Positions 52,225 through 63,875 are shown, numbered from the whole stretch's first letter. The stretch: DNA of 63,875 bases, filler included, from Octopus bimaculoides (GCF_001194135.2; 3 parts of 3 records of this genome joined end to end with filler, not necessarily neighbours in it); one strand, 5' to 3'. Notes: generated from the sequence alone by a model not told the origin. Numbers and translations: made by a program.

Positions 52225-52934
52225 GTGTGTGTAGGAGAGAGATTTATATGTGCATATGTATATTTGTGTGTGTATAAACTTATACAGTTTTTCTTTGTTT
52301 TGTTTTTAACTTTCTTCTTCTCCCTCCCCCTCCCTTCGACATATCTTGTTTGTTATGTCTTCAGAATATAATTGCTGTATTGATAAATATTTTACAGCTA
52401 TCAGACACACAGATCCTTCTTTCAATTTTACTTTTGAAAGTAATTTTTGGCGCGCGCGCCTGTACACGCACGCACGCACGCACGCACGCATATATATATA
52501 TATCTATATATATATATATATATATACCGCCCCCGAACACATCTTCCTACTCTTTTACAATGGAACACTCCCACGTAAGAACGTACAAATAGACAGGGGG
52601 GAAAAATCAATGTATGTTTTATGTATTTGCACGAAGATCTGCCAATAGAAATCTGTATGTAACTGTACAGTCGTAGGATCTGTGCGTCGGTGTACGCTCT
52701 AACGTGCACCACCATCAGTGAATGCATGGGTGGGATGTTACATTGCAGAATGTGTGTGTAGAGAGAGAGAGGGGGAGAGAGAGAGAGAGAGAGATAAAGA
52801 GAGACAGAGAGAAATAATATAGTATCATTCTCTCCGCATATATAAAATTGTGTTTATAAATATTTAAATGTGTGTGTGTGTGTAGTTTTATGTGATACAT
52901 GTAGTTTTATGTGATACACGCGGCACAGGCGCAC

Positions 52935-52983
<49 letters not shown>

Positions 52984-53342
52984 ATATCATGTAATACTGT
53001 CTATATATTACTTTTTATAAACACATACATACACACACGCATATATAATGAATGGGGGAAACGGAAAATAGTGTTCATCATAACGATTGTTTCGAACCAT
53101 CTTGCATCGGTCCCTAGCGGGAGGTATAATGTACAACTGGCTGTGTTGCATCCTCCGGTGCAGAAGCAGGTGTTTTGTTTTTAAGACGATACTTCACTAA
53201 TTTTATTCCGTTTCGCTTGGCATGTTGTTGTTGCGTATAACACCGCGGAGTTCCTGAGGGCAGACCCAGTGAGACTTGTATCAACACTGTGGATGACAAT
53301 CAGCAAACTGCTAACCGCATATCCAAACACCAAATAATTATT

Positions 53343-53343
<1 letters not shown>

Positions 53344-53385
<42 letters not shown>

Positions 53386-53700
53386 AACATGTGTGGGCGC
53401 GTGTATGCAACGTATGTGTGCGTGGGCAACGTGTGTGTGCGTGTGTGCAACATGTGTGTGTGTGTGTCTGTGCGGGCGTGCGGGCAACATGTGTGTGCGC
53501 GTCTATACAACATGTGTGGGCAACACTGTGTATGTGTGTGTGTGTGTGCAACCTTGTGTGTGTGTGCGTGTGCGTGTGTGTGTGTGCAACCTTGTGTGTG
53601 TATATGCAACATATATGTGTATGCGTGCAACATGTGTTTGCGCGTGAATGCAACATTGTGTGTGCGCGCGCGTGTGTGTGTGTGTGTGTAACATATGTGA
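53344..53700. repeat. (TG)n array punctuated by GCAAC
   Basis: About a dozen (G)CAAC interruptions at roughly 20- or 40-bp spacing. Confidence 0.85.
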
Positions 53701-54771
53701 GGAGAGAATGTACTATTGTGTGTAAGTGAATAGATATTTCGCGAATTAAAAAGATCAATACAATCTGGTGACTTGCAGTTCCTTGTTGTGATTCTTCAGA
53801 CCGAGTAAATATTTATTGACGTAACATAATTTCTATTTTACAAGAAACTGGTTTTGTCTAAGAAATTCATTTACAGAGAATAATTGCAATGGAAGAGGAC
53901 AATGATTGGCAACGATTAGGAGACTTGTAACAGTGCTGGATGAATGTGGGTGTCAGGCGTTGGTAAGGAATATTAGGATGTGTGTGTGTGGTTGGGTGAA
54001 TTCCACATTGTCCGTTTTCTGGCATAGATATGGATTGGTAATGAGTGGATGATGGAGATTTGGGAGAATAAATGTTTGGGGAAACAATAGGAGGTAGTCA
54101 AGTGAGAAAAATAGGATTATGATTGCTGTTGATGTTTGTGTTGATGGTGGTCGTGGTGGTCGTCGCTGTGGCTGTGCTTACTGAGGAGGGTGGTGTAGGT
54201 AATGCTGTTGGAGACTGATGGGTGTTTTTGACACTGGTGGTGGTGCTGCTACTAGTGAGAAAGAATGGTTGTTGTTTGCATTGATGCTGTGGTGGTGCTG
54301 GAGTGTGTGGTTGTGCCGGTGGTAACTTGTGCGAGGGCGGTCGGGTGACACTTATGCAAATTGACACAGGCTGGCTTAGCAGACGATTTGATTACACGAT
54401 GGACATACGTAAAACAACAGAGGTGAAAGTATATAAAAGATAACCAATAGTTATTCTCTTGAAAATAAATGAGAAAAACAGTGAGTTACTCTCTGAGGAT
54501 TAACTAACTGTAAATTTTTTTAAGGAATATATTCTTTTCTACTCTAAGCACAAGGCCCGTGTTAATGAATTTATTGTTAATGAATATATAGTGTGGATAC
54601 TAGCGTGTTTATGTTAGTATGAATGTGTACGTTAACCGCCATCACAATAAAACCAACAACTGCAATATCTAGCATTACTATCGTGTAAGGTACGATTTTT
54701 TTTTCTTGTTATTGATTATTTGCTTTATTTTTATGTCCAGTGATTAAGTAATTTTCATATTGGAAGAAACA

Positions 54772-55068
54772 TTAACCCATTACCTACCAGTGATCTCATA
54801 TGAGATCACTTAAAAATTACAAATTTCGTAATTATCTGTCAATATTTACACATATCTAACCTTTTTGCTATATTTACTAGGTATATTTCTCTGATATTCA
54901 AATGAGATTTGCTAATTTTTCACCCAATATCTTGCTTATTTCTATTTAAAATGTTATTTTAAAATGTTATTTTGATCATTCCAGCGTGTTTCTAAGGCTT
55001 TTTATGCTAGAAATAAAAGTTTCATAAAATAATTCCAGTTAATAGAATTATGGGAGGTAATGGGTTAA
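54772..55068. mobile_element. piggyBac-like MITE (289 bp plus TTAA TSDs)
   Basis: TTAA|CCCATTACCTACCA ... TGGGAGGTAATGGG|TTAA; TIRs match 13/14. Confidence 0.88.
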
Positions 55069-55168
55069 AGATGAACCCCTTATTTATCAGTTTCTACCAA
55101 AATTAGAACTGAATTTTCTGCTGCAAGTCTGGTTACCTCAATTAACTAGACGTAGCTCAACGGAAAAT

Positions 55169-55582
55169 TAGTTTTAAACATGACATTCCTCAACAAAAAA
55201 ATTGCCTGGTATATAAAACTGTTTTCTGCAGTTAAGGGTAATGAAATCATGAGTGGATCCACCTGATTTCGGCAGTGAAAAGATTGCCTATAATTGCTTT
55301 CATCAATCCATGTCATTTGACTCAACAAAAAAACTAGTTCCAAACATGACATTCCTCAACAAAAGATATATTGGTATATAAAACAGCTTTTCACAGTTAA
55401 GAGCGAATATATTTGATTTACGCAGTAAAAGAGTTAATATTTACAACTGATTTCATAATCCACCATAGCTTCAAATATGACATTACTCAAAAAAACAGAC
55501 TTGTATATAACCTGCTTTCCGTAGTTACGGCTATTGAAATTTGGAGTGGATATACTTGTTTTTCGCAGTAAAGGTGTTAATA
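55169..55582 (+). repeat. Three diverged tandem units of about 130-165 bp
   Basis: Units start TAGTTTTAAACATGACATTCCTCAAC (55169), TAGTTCCAAACATGACATTCCTCAAC (55335) and TAGCTTCAAATATGACATTACTCAAA (55466). Confidence 0.8.
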
Positions 55583-56001
55583 ACATGTCAGGTTTGAAGA
55601 ATTGTTGATGCTTCAGATTTTTCCCACTTCTCGTTTGGATTTGTTCCCAATTGCCACCGAATACGTGTTCCATTATTTCTGAAATCAGAGATAGTTTGAA
55701 GAAATCGAGAAGTTCTCTTTATAGCATTTTATAAACCATTATTCGTCTTCAAATACATATGACAGGCCACTGTTATTTCTCATAGTTCATTTTCTTTTCA
55801 TATATTCAAGTACATGTGTGTGTGTGTGTGTTAATTTTTGTTTTTTACGTTTAGTTGTAATAAAAACAATTTTATATTAATCTATACATTTGTGGAGCAC
55901 GAGTTTACTTTTAGACAAGAATCTCACCCTAACCATTCCTCTACACCTCATAAACAACAACAAGTATTCCGAAAATGTCTTAACTGGCCGAAACTTCGAA
56001 G

Positions 56002-56156
56002 TCACTTTCAACAATATTCTGGTTTATGAATAAACTATATATATATATATNNNNNNNNNNNNNNNNNNNNNNNNNNNNNNNNNNNNNNNNNNNNTATATA
56101 TATGTATATGTATGTATGTATAGTTTATTCTTAAACCAGAATATTGTTGAAAGTGA
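56002..56156. repeat. 38-bp inverted repeat flanking (TA)n and an N gap
   Basis: 56002-56039 vs 56119-56156, one mismatch. Confidence 0.85.
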
Positions 56157-56230
56157 TTTAAAGACATGTATATATATATATGCATATAAAGACATGTAAG
56201 TGTGAACGTCAGATATGCTATGCAGGTATA

Positions 56231-56525
56231 TGAAGACACATGGCCAATTGGTGAAGGTGTGGTACTCATGATCGTAAGATGGTAGTTTCGATTCTCGGAC
56301 ACGGCGGTGCGTTGTGTTTCTTGCACAAAACACTTCATTTCACGTTGCTGCAGTCCACTCGGCTGTAAAATAAGTTCCAGGAATAGCTGGGAAGTCGACC
56401 TTGCGGGGGCACTGGCGTCCCATCCGAGGGTGGTGGTGCTATAATGTCAGTCACTTATACAGCAAGGAAACGGGGTCAGGATCCGGCCATGTTAGTCGTA
56501 GGGTTCACGAGGGACCTAACAATAC
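56231..56525 (+). mobile_element. tRNA-headed SINE, E-type head with variant body
   Basis: GTTTCGATTC B box, CACTTCATTTCACGTTGCTGCAGTCCACTC, then CACTGGCGTCCCATCCGAGGG. Confidence 0.8.
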
Positions 56526-56879
56526 AAATATAGTTACGTATGTTTGCCGCATCGTTTATGTTTCACGGTGAATGTTTGTTTCTGCGTTCGTTTCTTCAAG
56601 CAGAAATATGAAAGGTAGCATGTCAGGAATTTTATATATTCGTGACAGGTTTGTTTATGTGAATTTTATATTCAAAGTTCAAATACTGTCTGTGTCGATT
56701 TGCATTTTTTTTTCTGTTTCTTCTTTGTTTCGTTTTTTCTTTTTTTTTTTTGGTCTTTTTTTTTTTACTTTGAAGATCGATAAGTACCAGTCAAAAATCG
56801 TGGATTTGATATAATCGATTTTACCCTCAAAGGTGATGTGCCAACGTAGCTAAATTCCAATGATTGAACTAAATAAGAG

Positions 56880-57490
56880 TATGCATCTATTTACATACAT
56901 ATTTACACACTACATACGTATATTCATACATACATGCACACATGTACATACGTATACAGATGTAAACACGTACATAGATGCATACATACACACAAATATA
57001 AATGCATACATACACACCTATTTAGATGCAAATACACACGTACATAGATGCATACATGCACACGTACATACAAGCATACATACACACGTACATACAAACA
57101 TATTTACAAACGTACATACAAGCATACATACTTACACACACATACGCACCTACGTACGCACTCACACACATACATCCGTATGTACATAGATGCATACATA
57201 TATACATACATACATACATACGTACATACGAATATAGATATATACATAGCACGTACATAAGTGCATGCATACACACGAACATAGATGCATACACACGAAC
57301 ATAGATGCATACACACACATACATGCAAGCATACATACACACATAGATGCAAACACACATAGATGCATACATACACAGATGAATACATACAAACGTACAT
57401 ACAAGCATACTTACACACACACACTCATCTACGTACGTACTCACACACATACATGGGTAAGTACATAGATGCATACATACATACATATGT
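56880..57490. repeat. Compound (CATA)/(CA) satellite with recurring CATAGATGCATAC
   Basis: Directly visible. Confidence 0.9.
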
Positions 57491-57678
57491 ATGTGTGATT
57501 ATGTTTGTAAGTTTGTTTTTATATCAAGTTATTTAGAAAAACAATTTAACGTTAAACTTTTGAATAGAATACATATGACAATATTCACAAGGAAAAGACT
57601 GATTGTGACTTCGAAGTCACTATCAGATTTTCCGCGTTATCTGACCATATGATGACGCGAACAACTTGGGAGGTACTG

Positions 57679-58093
57679 TTTACTCTCTTTTACTGTTTTA
57701 CTTGTTTCAGTCATTTGGCTGTGGCCATGCTGGAGCACCACCTTTATTCGAGAAAATCGACCCCAGGACTTATTCTTTGTAAGCTTAGTACTTATTCTAT
57801 CGGTCTTTTTTGCCGAGCCGCGAAGCTATGGGGACGTAAACACACCAGCATCGGTTGTCAAGCGATGTTGGGGGGACAAACACAGACACACAAACACACA
57901 CACACACATATATATATATATACATATATACGACGGGGTTCTTTCAGTTTCCGTCGACCAAATCCACTCACAAAGCCTTGGTCGGCCCGAGGCTATAGTA
58001 GAAGACACTTGCCCAAAGTGCCACGCAGTGGGACTGAACCCGGAACCATGTGGTTGGTAAGCAAGCTACTTACCACACAGCCACTCCTGCACC
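57679..58093 (-). mobile_element. Full-length SINE family D with internal (TA)(TG) tract
   Basis: Complete head-microsatellite-tail structure; best reference copy in the window. Confidence 0.95.
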
Positions 58094-58213
58094 TATGTTA
58101 GCATTTTCCTTATAAGTAGATCAATAAATATCCATACACGCACCTACGTTTGTATGTATGTATGTATGTATGTATGTATGTATGTATGTATGTTTGTACG
58201 TATGTGCGAGTAT

Positions 58214-58540
58214 GTGAAAGCGCGTGGCCTAGTGGTTAGAGTAGTCGACTCACGATCGTAAGGTCTCGAATTCGATTCCCGGTGACGCGTTGTGTTCTTG
58301 AGCAAGAAACTTTATTTCACGTTGCTGCAGTCCACCCAGCTGGCGAAAATGAGTGGTACCAGTAATTCAAAAGAGCCAACCTGGTCCCATTCTGTGTCAC
58401 GCTTAATTCCCCCTGAGAACTACGTTAAGGATACACGTGTATGTGGAGTATTCAGCCACTTGCATGTTAAATTTCACGAGTAGGCTGCCCCGTTGATCGG
58501 ATCAACTAGAACGCTCGTCGTCGTAACCGACGCAGAACCA
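58214..58540 (+). mobile_element. tRNA-headed SINE, E-type head with C-type 3' body
   Basis: A box TGGCCTAGTGG; TTTATTTCACGTTGCTGCAGTCCAC; body GAGAACTACGTTAAGG...GATCGGATCAACTAG. Confidence 0.92.
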
Positions 58541-59951
58541 GTTATATACTCATTTGTATATATGTACTTGTTTAAGTGTGCTGCTGTGTGTTTTAGTGTT
58601 ATTGGCGATATTTAGACGTTCGTTATAGACCAAAAAGTACAGAAATAAAATGGAGGAAATGACAAATGCCGAAAGAAAAACGACAGCGGCAGTTCGAAGC
58701 TGTATGGACAATGTATGTTAATGTTAAGATGCCAGACAAACATTATCAATGGGCGTCTTTCATATTAAGGAGGAACAGAAACAGCTAAGAGAAAACCATG
58801 TAACACATTTCTCTGGCTAGCACGTGCAAATCTTACAAAAAAAAAACAATAATAATAAAATAGAATGACGACACGAAAAACGCGTGGAGGAAATAATCTA
58901 CAATATAAAAAATAAGGAAACAACAAAAGCAGTTCATTTCTATAGCCTAAGAAAAGAGAGGAGAGAGAGACAACGAAGAAGAATTTGAGATGATACTAAG
59001 AGCAACTAGCAACCAAGTAAAGTATGTTCGGGAATTCGTTTCCCAAAACAATTAAACTTCATAAGAAATGTCGGAGGATTTTTGGAAGTTCTTTGGATTT
59101 TTCTGAATATTTTTGCTTGTTTGTTTTTGTTTTTTTTTAATTACTGTTGAAAAAAAAATTGGAAATATTGCAATGTAGGACAAATCAATGTATTCGGTAA
59201 CTATGGTTTGTATCTATTACGGTAACTAGAGTTGACCTCAGTGAATTAAACCGACCTCCATCTTGCCCCTGCGCCCCACAGCTTTTACTCTTGCGTCCAG
59301 TTCTGTCGAGGAGTTCCGTCAATAAATGGCCGCAGAAGAGAGTGAGAGAGAGAGACAGAGAGCAGTTGTAGTAGTAGATTTGAGAAATGGCGACGAAGTA
59401 TATTTTTTACCAGTTCGTAAAAAGGAAAAATAGAGATCGATTGCAGTAAATACTACATTGAAATAAATATTAGGGCCTGGGTCTTATATTGGTTGTTTGA
59501 AACTCTTGAGACCTGGAAATGTTTGTGTATACTGGCGTAGAACGGTGTGTATAGTTAGATGTTGTTTTTTAAGACCCTCTCAAGATGTCGGCAGGCAATC
59601 AGCAATAAAACAGGCCTCAAGCAATCGCTCTAGTTGGGATTTATTTTTAAAAAATAATCGAATGAGAGGCTGCTATAAAAATTATGAAACAATCCGGGCA
59701 AAATTTAAAAGAATTAAGATAGTATCTATTCACCGAACTTTTCTTAAGCGACAACCCACCGATGTGTGTGATATAAGAGAGTCGGTCACCAGTGGACCTG
59801 GCTCCGCAGAACTATATGGTTTTGAATTCAATCCTACATAAATATACATACACAAACACGTTGATGAAGGGTCTTTCCTCTGTGTTTACTTGTCCTGTTT
59901 TCCATTTTTTTCTCTCGTTGTTTATGCATTTCATGTTTGCACAGTTGGTAA

Positions 59952-59982
<31 letters not shown>

Positions 59983-60829
59983 NNNNNNNNNNNNNNNNNN
60001 NNNNNNNNNNNNNNNNNNNNNNNNNNNNNNNNNNNNNNNNNNNNNNNNNNNNNNNNNNNNNNNNNNNNNNNNNNNNNNNNNNNNNNNNNNNNNNNNNNNN
60101 NNNNNNNNNNNNNNNNNNNNNNNNNNNNNNNNNNNNNNNNNNNNNNNNNNNNNNNNNNNNNNNNNNNNNNNNNNNNNNNNNNNNNNNNNNNNNNNNNNNN
60201 NNNNNNNNNNNNNNNNNNNNNNNNNNNNNNNNNNNNNNNNNNNNNNNNNNNNNNNNNNNNNNNNNNNNNNNNNNNNNNNNNNNNNNNNNNNNNNNNNNNN
60301 NNNNNNNNNNNNNNNNNNNNNNNNNNNNNNNNNNNNNNNNNNNNNNNNNNNNNNNNNNNNNNNNNNNNNNNNNNNNNNNNNNNNNNNNNNNNNNNNNNNN
60401 NNNNNNNNNNNNNNNNNNNNNNNNNNNNNNNNNNNNNNNNNNNNNNNNNNNNNNNNNNNNNNNNNNNNNNNNNNNNNNNNNNNNNNNNNNNNNNNNTTAT
60501 ATAACATAGTTAACTGACGAACCGCAGCGTTTCAGCCATGACAATTCCATCCTATTTTCATACGTTGGTTATCAAGGAGTTTATTATGTAAGGGGCCAGT
60601 TTGGAGACTGGTAGGGTTTGATATGAAGTAGATTGGGCTGCTAGTTAGAGCAAATGGGCCGACTACGTGGAGGAAGCCGCGTCCTCCTTCCTACCTACCT
60701 ATCTATCTGAAAAAAAATTTTCTATATAAACCTGTAATACCACTAATCAACAATAGTAACTACAACACTAACTTGGAAGTAAACTGGTTAATGGTACCCT
60801 ACGAAGAGCTTTAAACTCACAGGTGACAA

Positions 60830-60945
60830 TTGTACCTCTAAATTTACAAGCCAAAGACTCTGAGATTGCAATAGGGGCAACCTCAGAATTATAGAAGCCC
60901 TCCTTGTGAAGAAATTGAGAGCAGTCATTAACAACAGGTAGGGAC
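60830..60945 (+). mobile_element. Possible Penelope GIY-YIG C-terminal remnant
   Basis: CNRGNLRIIEALLVKKLRAVINNR resembles the L.I.E.L.IK...P.LN end of PLE endonucleases. Confidence 0.45.
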
Positions 60946-60999
60946 TACATGAAGCGGACTGGTTGCTATAGCAACACCAGTCTGCGTGTGTGAGTATGT

Positions 61000-61369
61000 G
61001 TGTATGACTGTATGCGTGTGTGCGCGAATGTGCGCGTGTATCAGTGTGCATGCGTATGAATGTGCACGTGTGTGTACGAGTATGTACGTGTGTGTTTATC
61101 TATGTGCAGATGTTTGAATATCAGTTTTCTCTGCGTGTATGTGTATTAATGTGTATGTGTGTGCGAGAAAGAGAGAGCAAGAGAAAAAGAGAGAGTGTGT
61201 CAACGTATGTATGCGTGCGTGAGTGAGTGAGTGAATGACTGCTTGTGTATGTATGTATGTGTGTGGATGTGTACATCCTTGCACATGTGATTCCATGTGA
61301 TTGTGTATGTGACTACATATGTGTGTGCTAGTGGTGGCGTCTGCATCTGTGTATGTGAATATTTATATT

Positions 61370-61405
<36 letters not shown>

Positions 61406-61773
61406 TATATGTGTGTGTCTATATATGCACGGATCTGTGTATGTATCTATATATATATATGTATCTGTGTATTTATGTGACTAATTGCATACTATATATT
61501 TTTATATCTATATGTCTGTATGTGCCTGTAATAACATCTGTATGTGTATGCATGCATATGTGCTGCTACATGTATGTGTGTACACACACACATGTGTATG
61601 TATATATATAATATATATGTGTGTGTGTGTGTGTGTGTAGGTATGTATACATGTGTGTACATGTGCTTCGTATACGTATATTTATATCGAGTATCTATAC
61701 GCATGAGCGACTGAAATGTATGTTTGTATGTATAGGTATCACTGTATATCTAAGTATGCGTACGTATATTTTC

Positions 61774-61809
<36 letters not shown>

Positions 61810-61820
61810 GTGTGTGGGTA

Positions 61821-61851
<31 letters not shown>

Positions 61852-61861
61852 ATGTATGTAT
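61000..61861. repeat. Compound (TG)/(TA)/(TATG) microsatellite field
   Basis: Directly visible. Confidence 0.9.
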
Positions 61862-61961
61862 NNNNNNNNNNNNNNNNNNNNNNNNNNNNNNNNNNNNNNN
61901 NNNNNTTAATTAATTAANNNNNNNNNNNNNNNNNNNNNNNNNNNNNNNNNNNNNNNNNNNN
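61862..61961. other. Synthetic 100-bp scaffold spacer (44N + TTAATTAATTAA + 44N)
   Basis: Identical to 30011-30110. Confidence 0.95.
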
Positions 61962-63219
61962 ATGAAGAAGGTAGGTATGACTTATGATGAAGTAAATGTA
62001 GTTAAAATGGCCAGGAAACCGTTGATTAAATATGATAATAAAATGTAGGCTAGGAAAGATACCAGGGACTATTTCGATATAACAATGGGGGCGCTAGATT
62101 CAGCACAGGTAACTGATTCAGTTGGTATATATTTATTATCAGATCTTGAACTTGAAAACTTAAAATTGGAGGGTGGTTTGTATAGGGATGACCTTTTATT
62201 ACTAAGAATTGCACTAATAGAACACTAGAATTATATAAGAGAATATATAGTTTTTTTAAAAAGAAATGGATTAAAGATTAATATTTATAATGAGTACTAT
62301 AATATAAATTATCTAGATGCTAATTTTAACTTATCTACAGGTAATACCCAACCTTACCATAAGATTAATGAAAATATTAAATACATTCATGCGAAAAGTA
62401 ATCACCCACCCTCAATTAAAAAAATCGTTAACATTTACTATAGGTAAGAGAATATCTTTACTTTCATCGAATGTAGAGATCTTTGAAAAACATGCACCTT
62501 ATTACAATAAAGCCCTTCAAGAGGCGGGATATACTAATGATATAAAATTTGTTAATAATCCAAAGTATATTGATATATTCCTTAGAGATAATTAAAAATA
62601 TTGTGATATATTTTCTACTAATAATTTTGGTGTAGGTTATTCTACTACTAATAATGTTGCTGATATTATCTCTTTTAATGGATTTAAGTTAAATAAGTAT
62701 TATAAATTAAAATTTAATAATTATTCTAATAATAATAATAATAATGTGGACCAGGATATAATTAATTGTACATGTTTAGATAAGACTAAATGTAAATTTA
62801 ATAATAAATGTAATTTGAAGGATGTAGTGCATAAATGTATAGTGACTTTAATGAATGGGAATAAACATAATGATTATAATTTAAATAAAATTTATATAGG
62901 ATCAACTTCTAATAAAATTAAATTATGAGTGGCTCAACATATGCACTCATTTAAGAATAGAAATTTGACTAATTCTACTGGCCTTAGTAAATATATTTGG
63001 GAACTTAAATCTAAATATATTAACTACATTTTAAAATGGGAGATAGTTTGTAAGGCGAAATCCTATCATATAGGTAATAATTTATGTAATAATGAATTTA
63101 AAGAGATATTATTTCATAATAATATTTTACTTAATTCATTTGATGAACGAAAAATAAAATGTAGACATAATTTACTTTATATAAAAACTAGCAGAAATAT
63201 CCAGCGTTGCCTGGATTAA
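61962..63219 (+). mobile_element. Penelope-like element, decayed RT + Cys-rich linker + GIY-YIG endonuclease
   Basis: FDITMGALDSAQVTDSVGIYLL, GLYRDD, YLDANFNLSTG, YIHAKSNHPPSIK, APYYNKALQEAGY, CTC...C...C, KIYIGST, QHMHSF, TGLSKYIWELK, LKWEIV; several stops and frameshifts. Confidence 0.93.
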
Positions 63220-63875
63220 AGAAAATAATGAAATTCGAAAATACCTTTTAGATCTCTAACATGACACATGGATTATGCAGTTCTCAACAGTAATTAGCTG
63301 AGGTACAAACTATTAATGTTAATAACATATTTTGTCCAATGTTCTCACTGTTAAAATTGTTAAAAAAAACAGGTAGTTCTTTGTCTTTACAATCACCTTC
63401 AATTGTCAGTACTTATTTGAAACATATTGAACCTGAAAATGCATAAACTTGAAAAGAACCAGCCTGCAGGCATTCCTCTCCTGTGAAAAAGTACATCAAC
63501 TCCATGCAAAATACATTTAAATGAGCATTCATTATAACGGCATTCCCAAATGCATTCTTTTCAAGTTATTTCGATGTTGCACTCGCTTGCCCTAAGCCTT
63601 ATTGCACGCAAATGGAGAAAACGTTCACTGCGTATATATCAATCGCTGTACGCCAGCGTCTAACAGCTTTGGCTTTTTAATGCACAAAAAATTGAAATGA
63701 TTTTTTTTCTGTGCCTCTGATTAAAATTTTTGAAAAACAAACCCAGCCACATTACTTGAAAAAAAGTAATCTTTATTGTGCTGGTTTTTCGTAAAACTTC
63801 GCGCATGGAAACAAAATCGTCCCTCCCCACTTTGAATGGAATATTCCTATCTTAAAAAGTAATAATCGATTATCT

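Noticed and set aside
54098-54367. Pro/Thr-rich mucin-like ORF
   Set aside because: It derives from degenerate (GGT/GTT)n sequence with no splice or domain evidence.
59780-59840. SPVDLAPQNY as a mariner YSPDLAP motif
   Set aside because: It is an isolated short match with no flanking transposase motifs.
63380-63720. Possible transposase or exon on the minus strand at the window end
   Set aside because: The frames are interrupted by stops and I recognise no motif.

Overview
AT-rich, microsatellite-dense eukaryotic draft-assembly sequence with many N gaps. The repeat families (several tRNA-headed SINEs, RTE and CR1/L2-type LINEs, mariner, Penelope) closely resemble the Octopus genome landscape; this is recognition from memory and a BLASTN would confirm it. 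I found no host protein-coding exon, rRNA, intact tRNA or CRISPR array that I can support. Nearly all listed ORFs are translations of (TA)/(TG)/(CA) or trinucleotide repeats, or run through N gaps. The real coding signal is decayed transposon sequence: two mariner families, RTE pieces, CR1/L2-like RT, a Gypsy 3' end with LTR and PPT, a Hero-like RLE retroelement fragment, and a Penelope-like RT plus GIY-YIG. Non-autonomous elements include a Helitron-like element, a piggyBac-like MITE, a Tc1-like MITE and two fold-back elements. Two synthetic 100-bp spacers (44N-TTAATTAATTAA-44N) split the window into three blocks whose adjacency may not be real. I cannot support a new biological system here. 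The best leads are a degenerate type-I hammerhead-like motif (1358-1405), perfect fold-back hairpins, modular SINE head/body swapping, an AGAATC insertion preference of one SINE variant, and a 37-bp minisatellite grown inside a SINE. SINE family letters A-F are my own labels, and most element boundaries are approximate.
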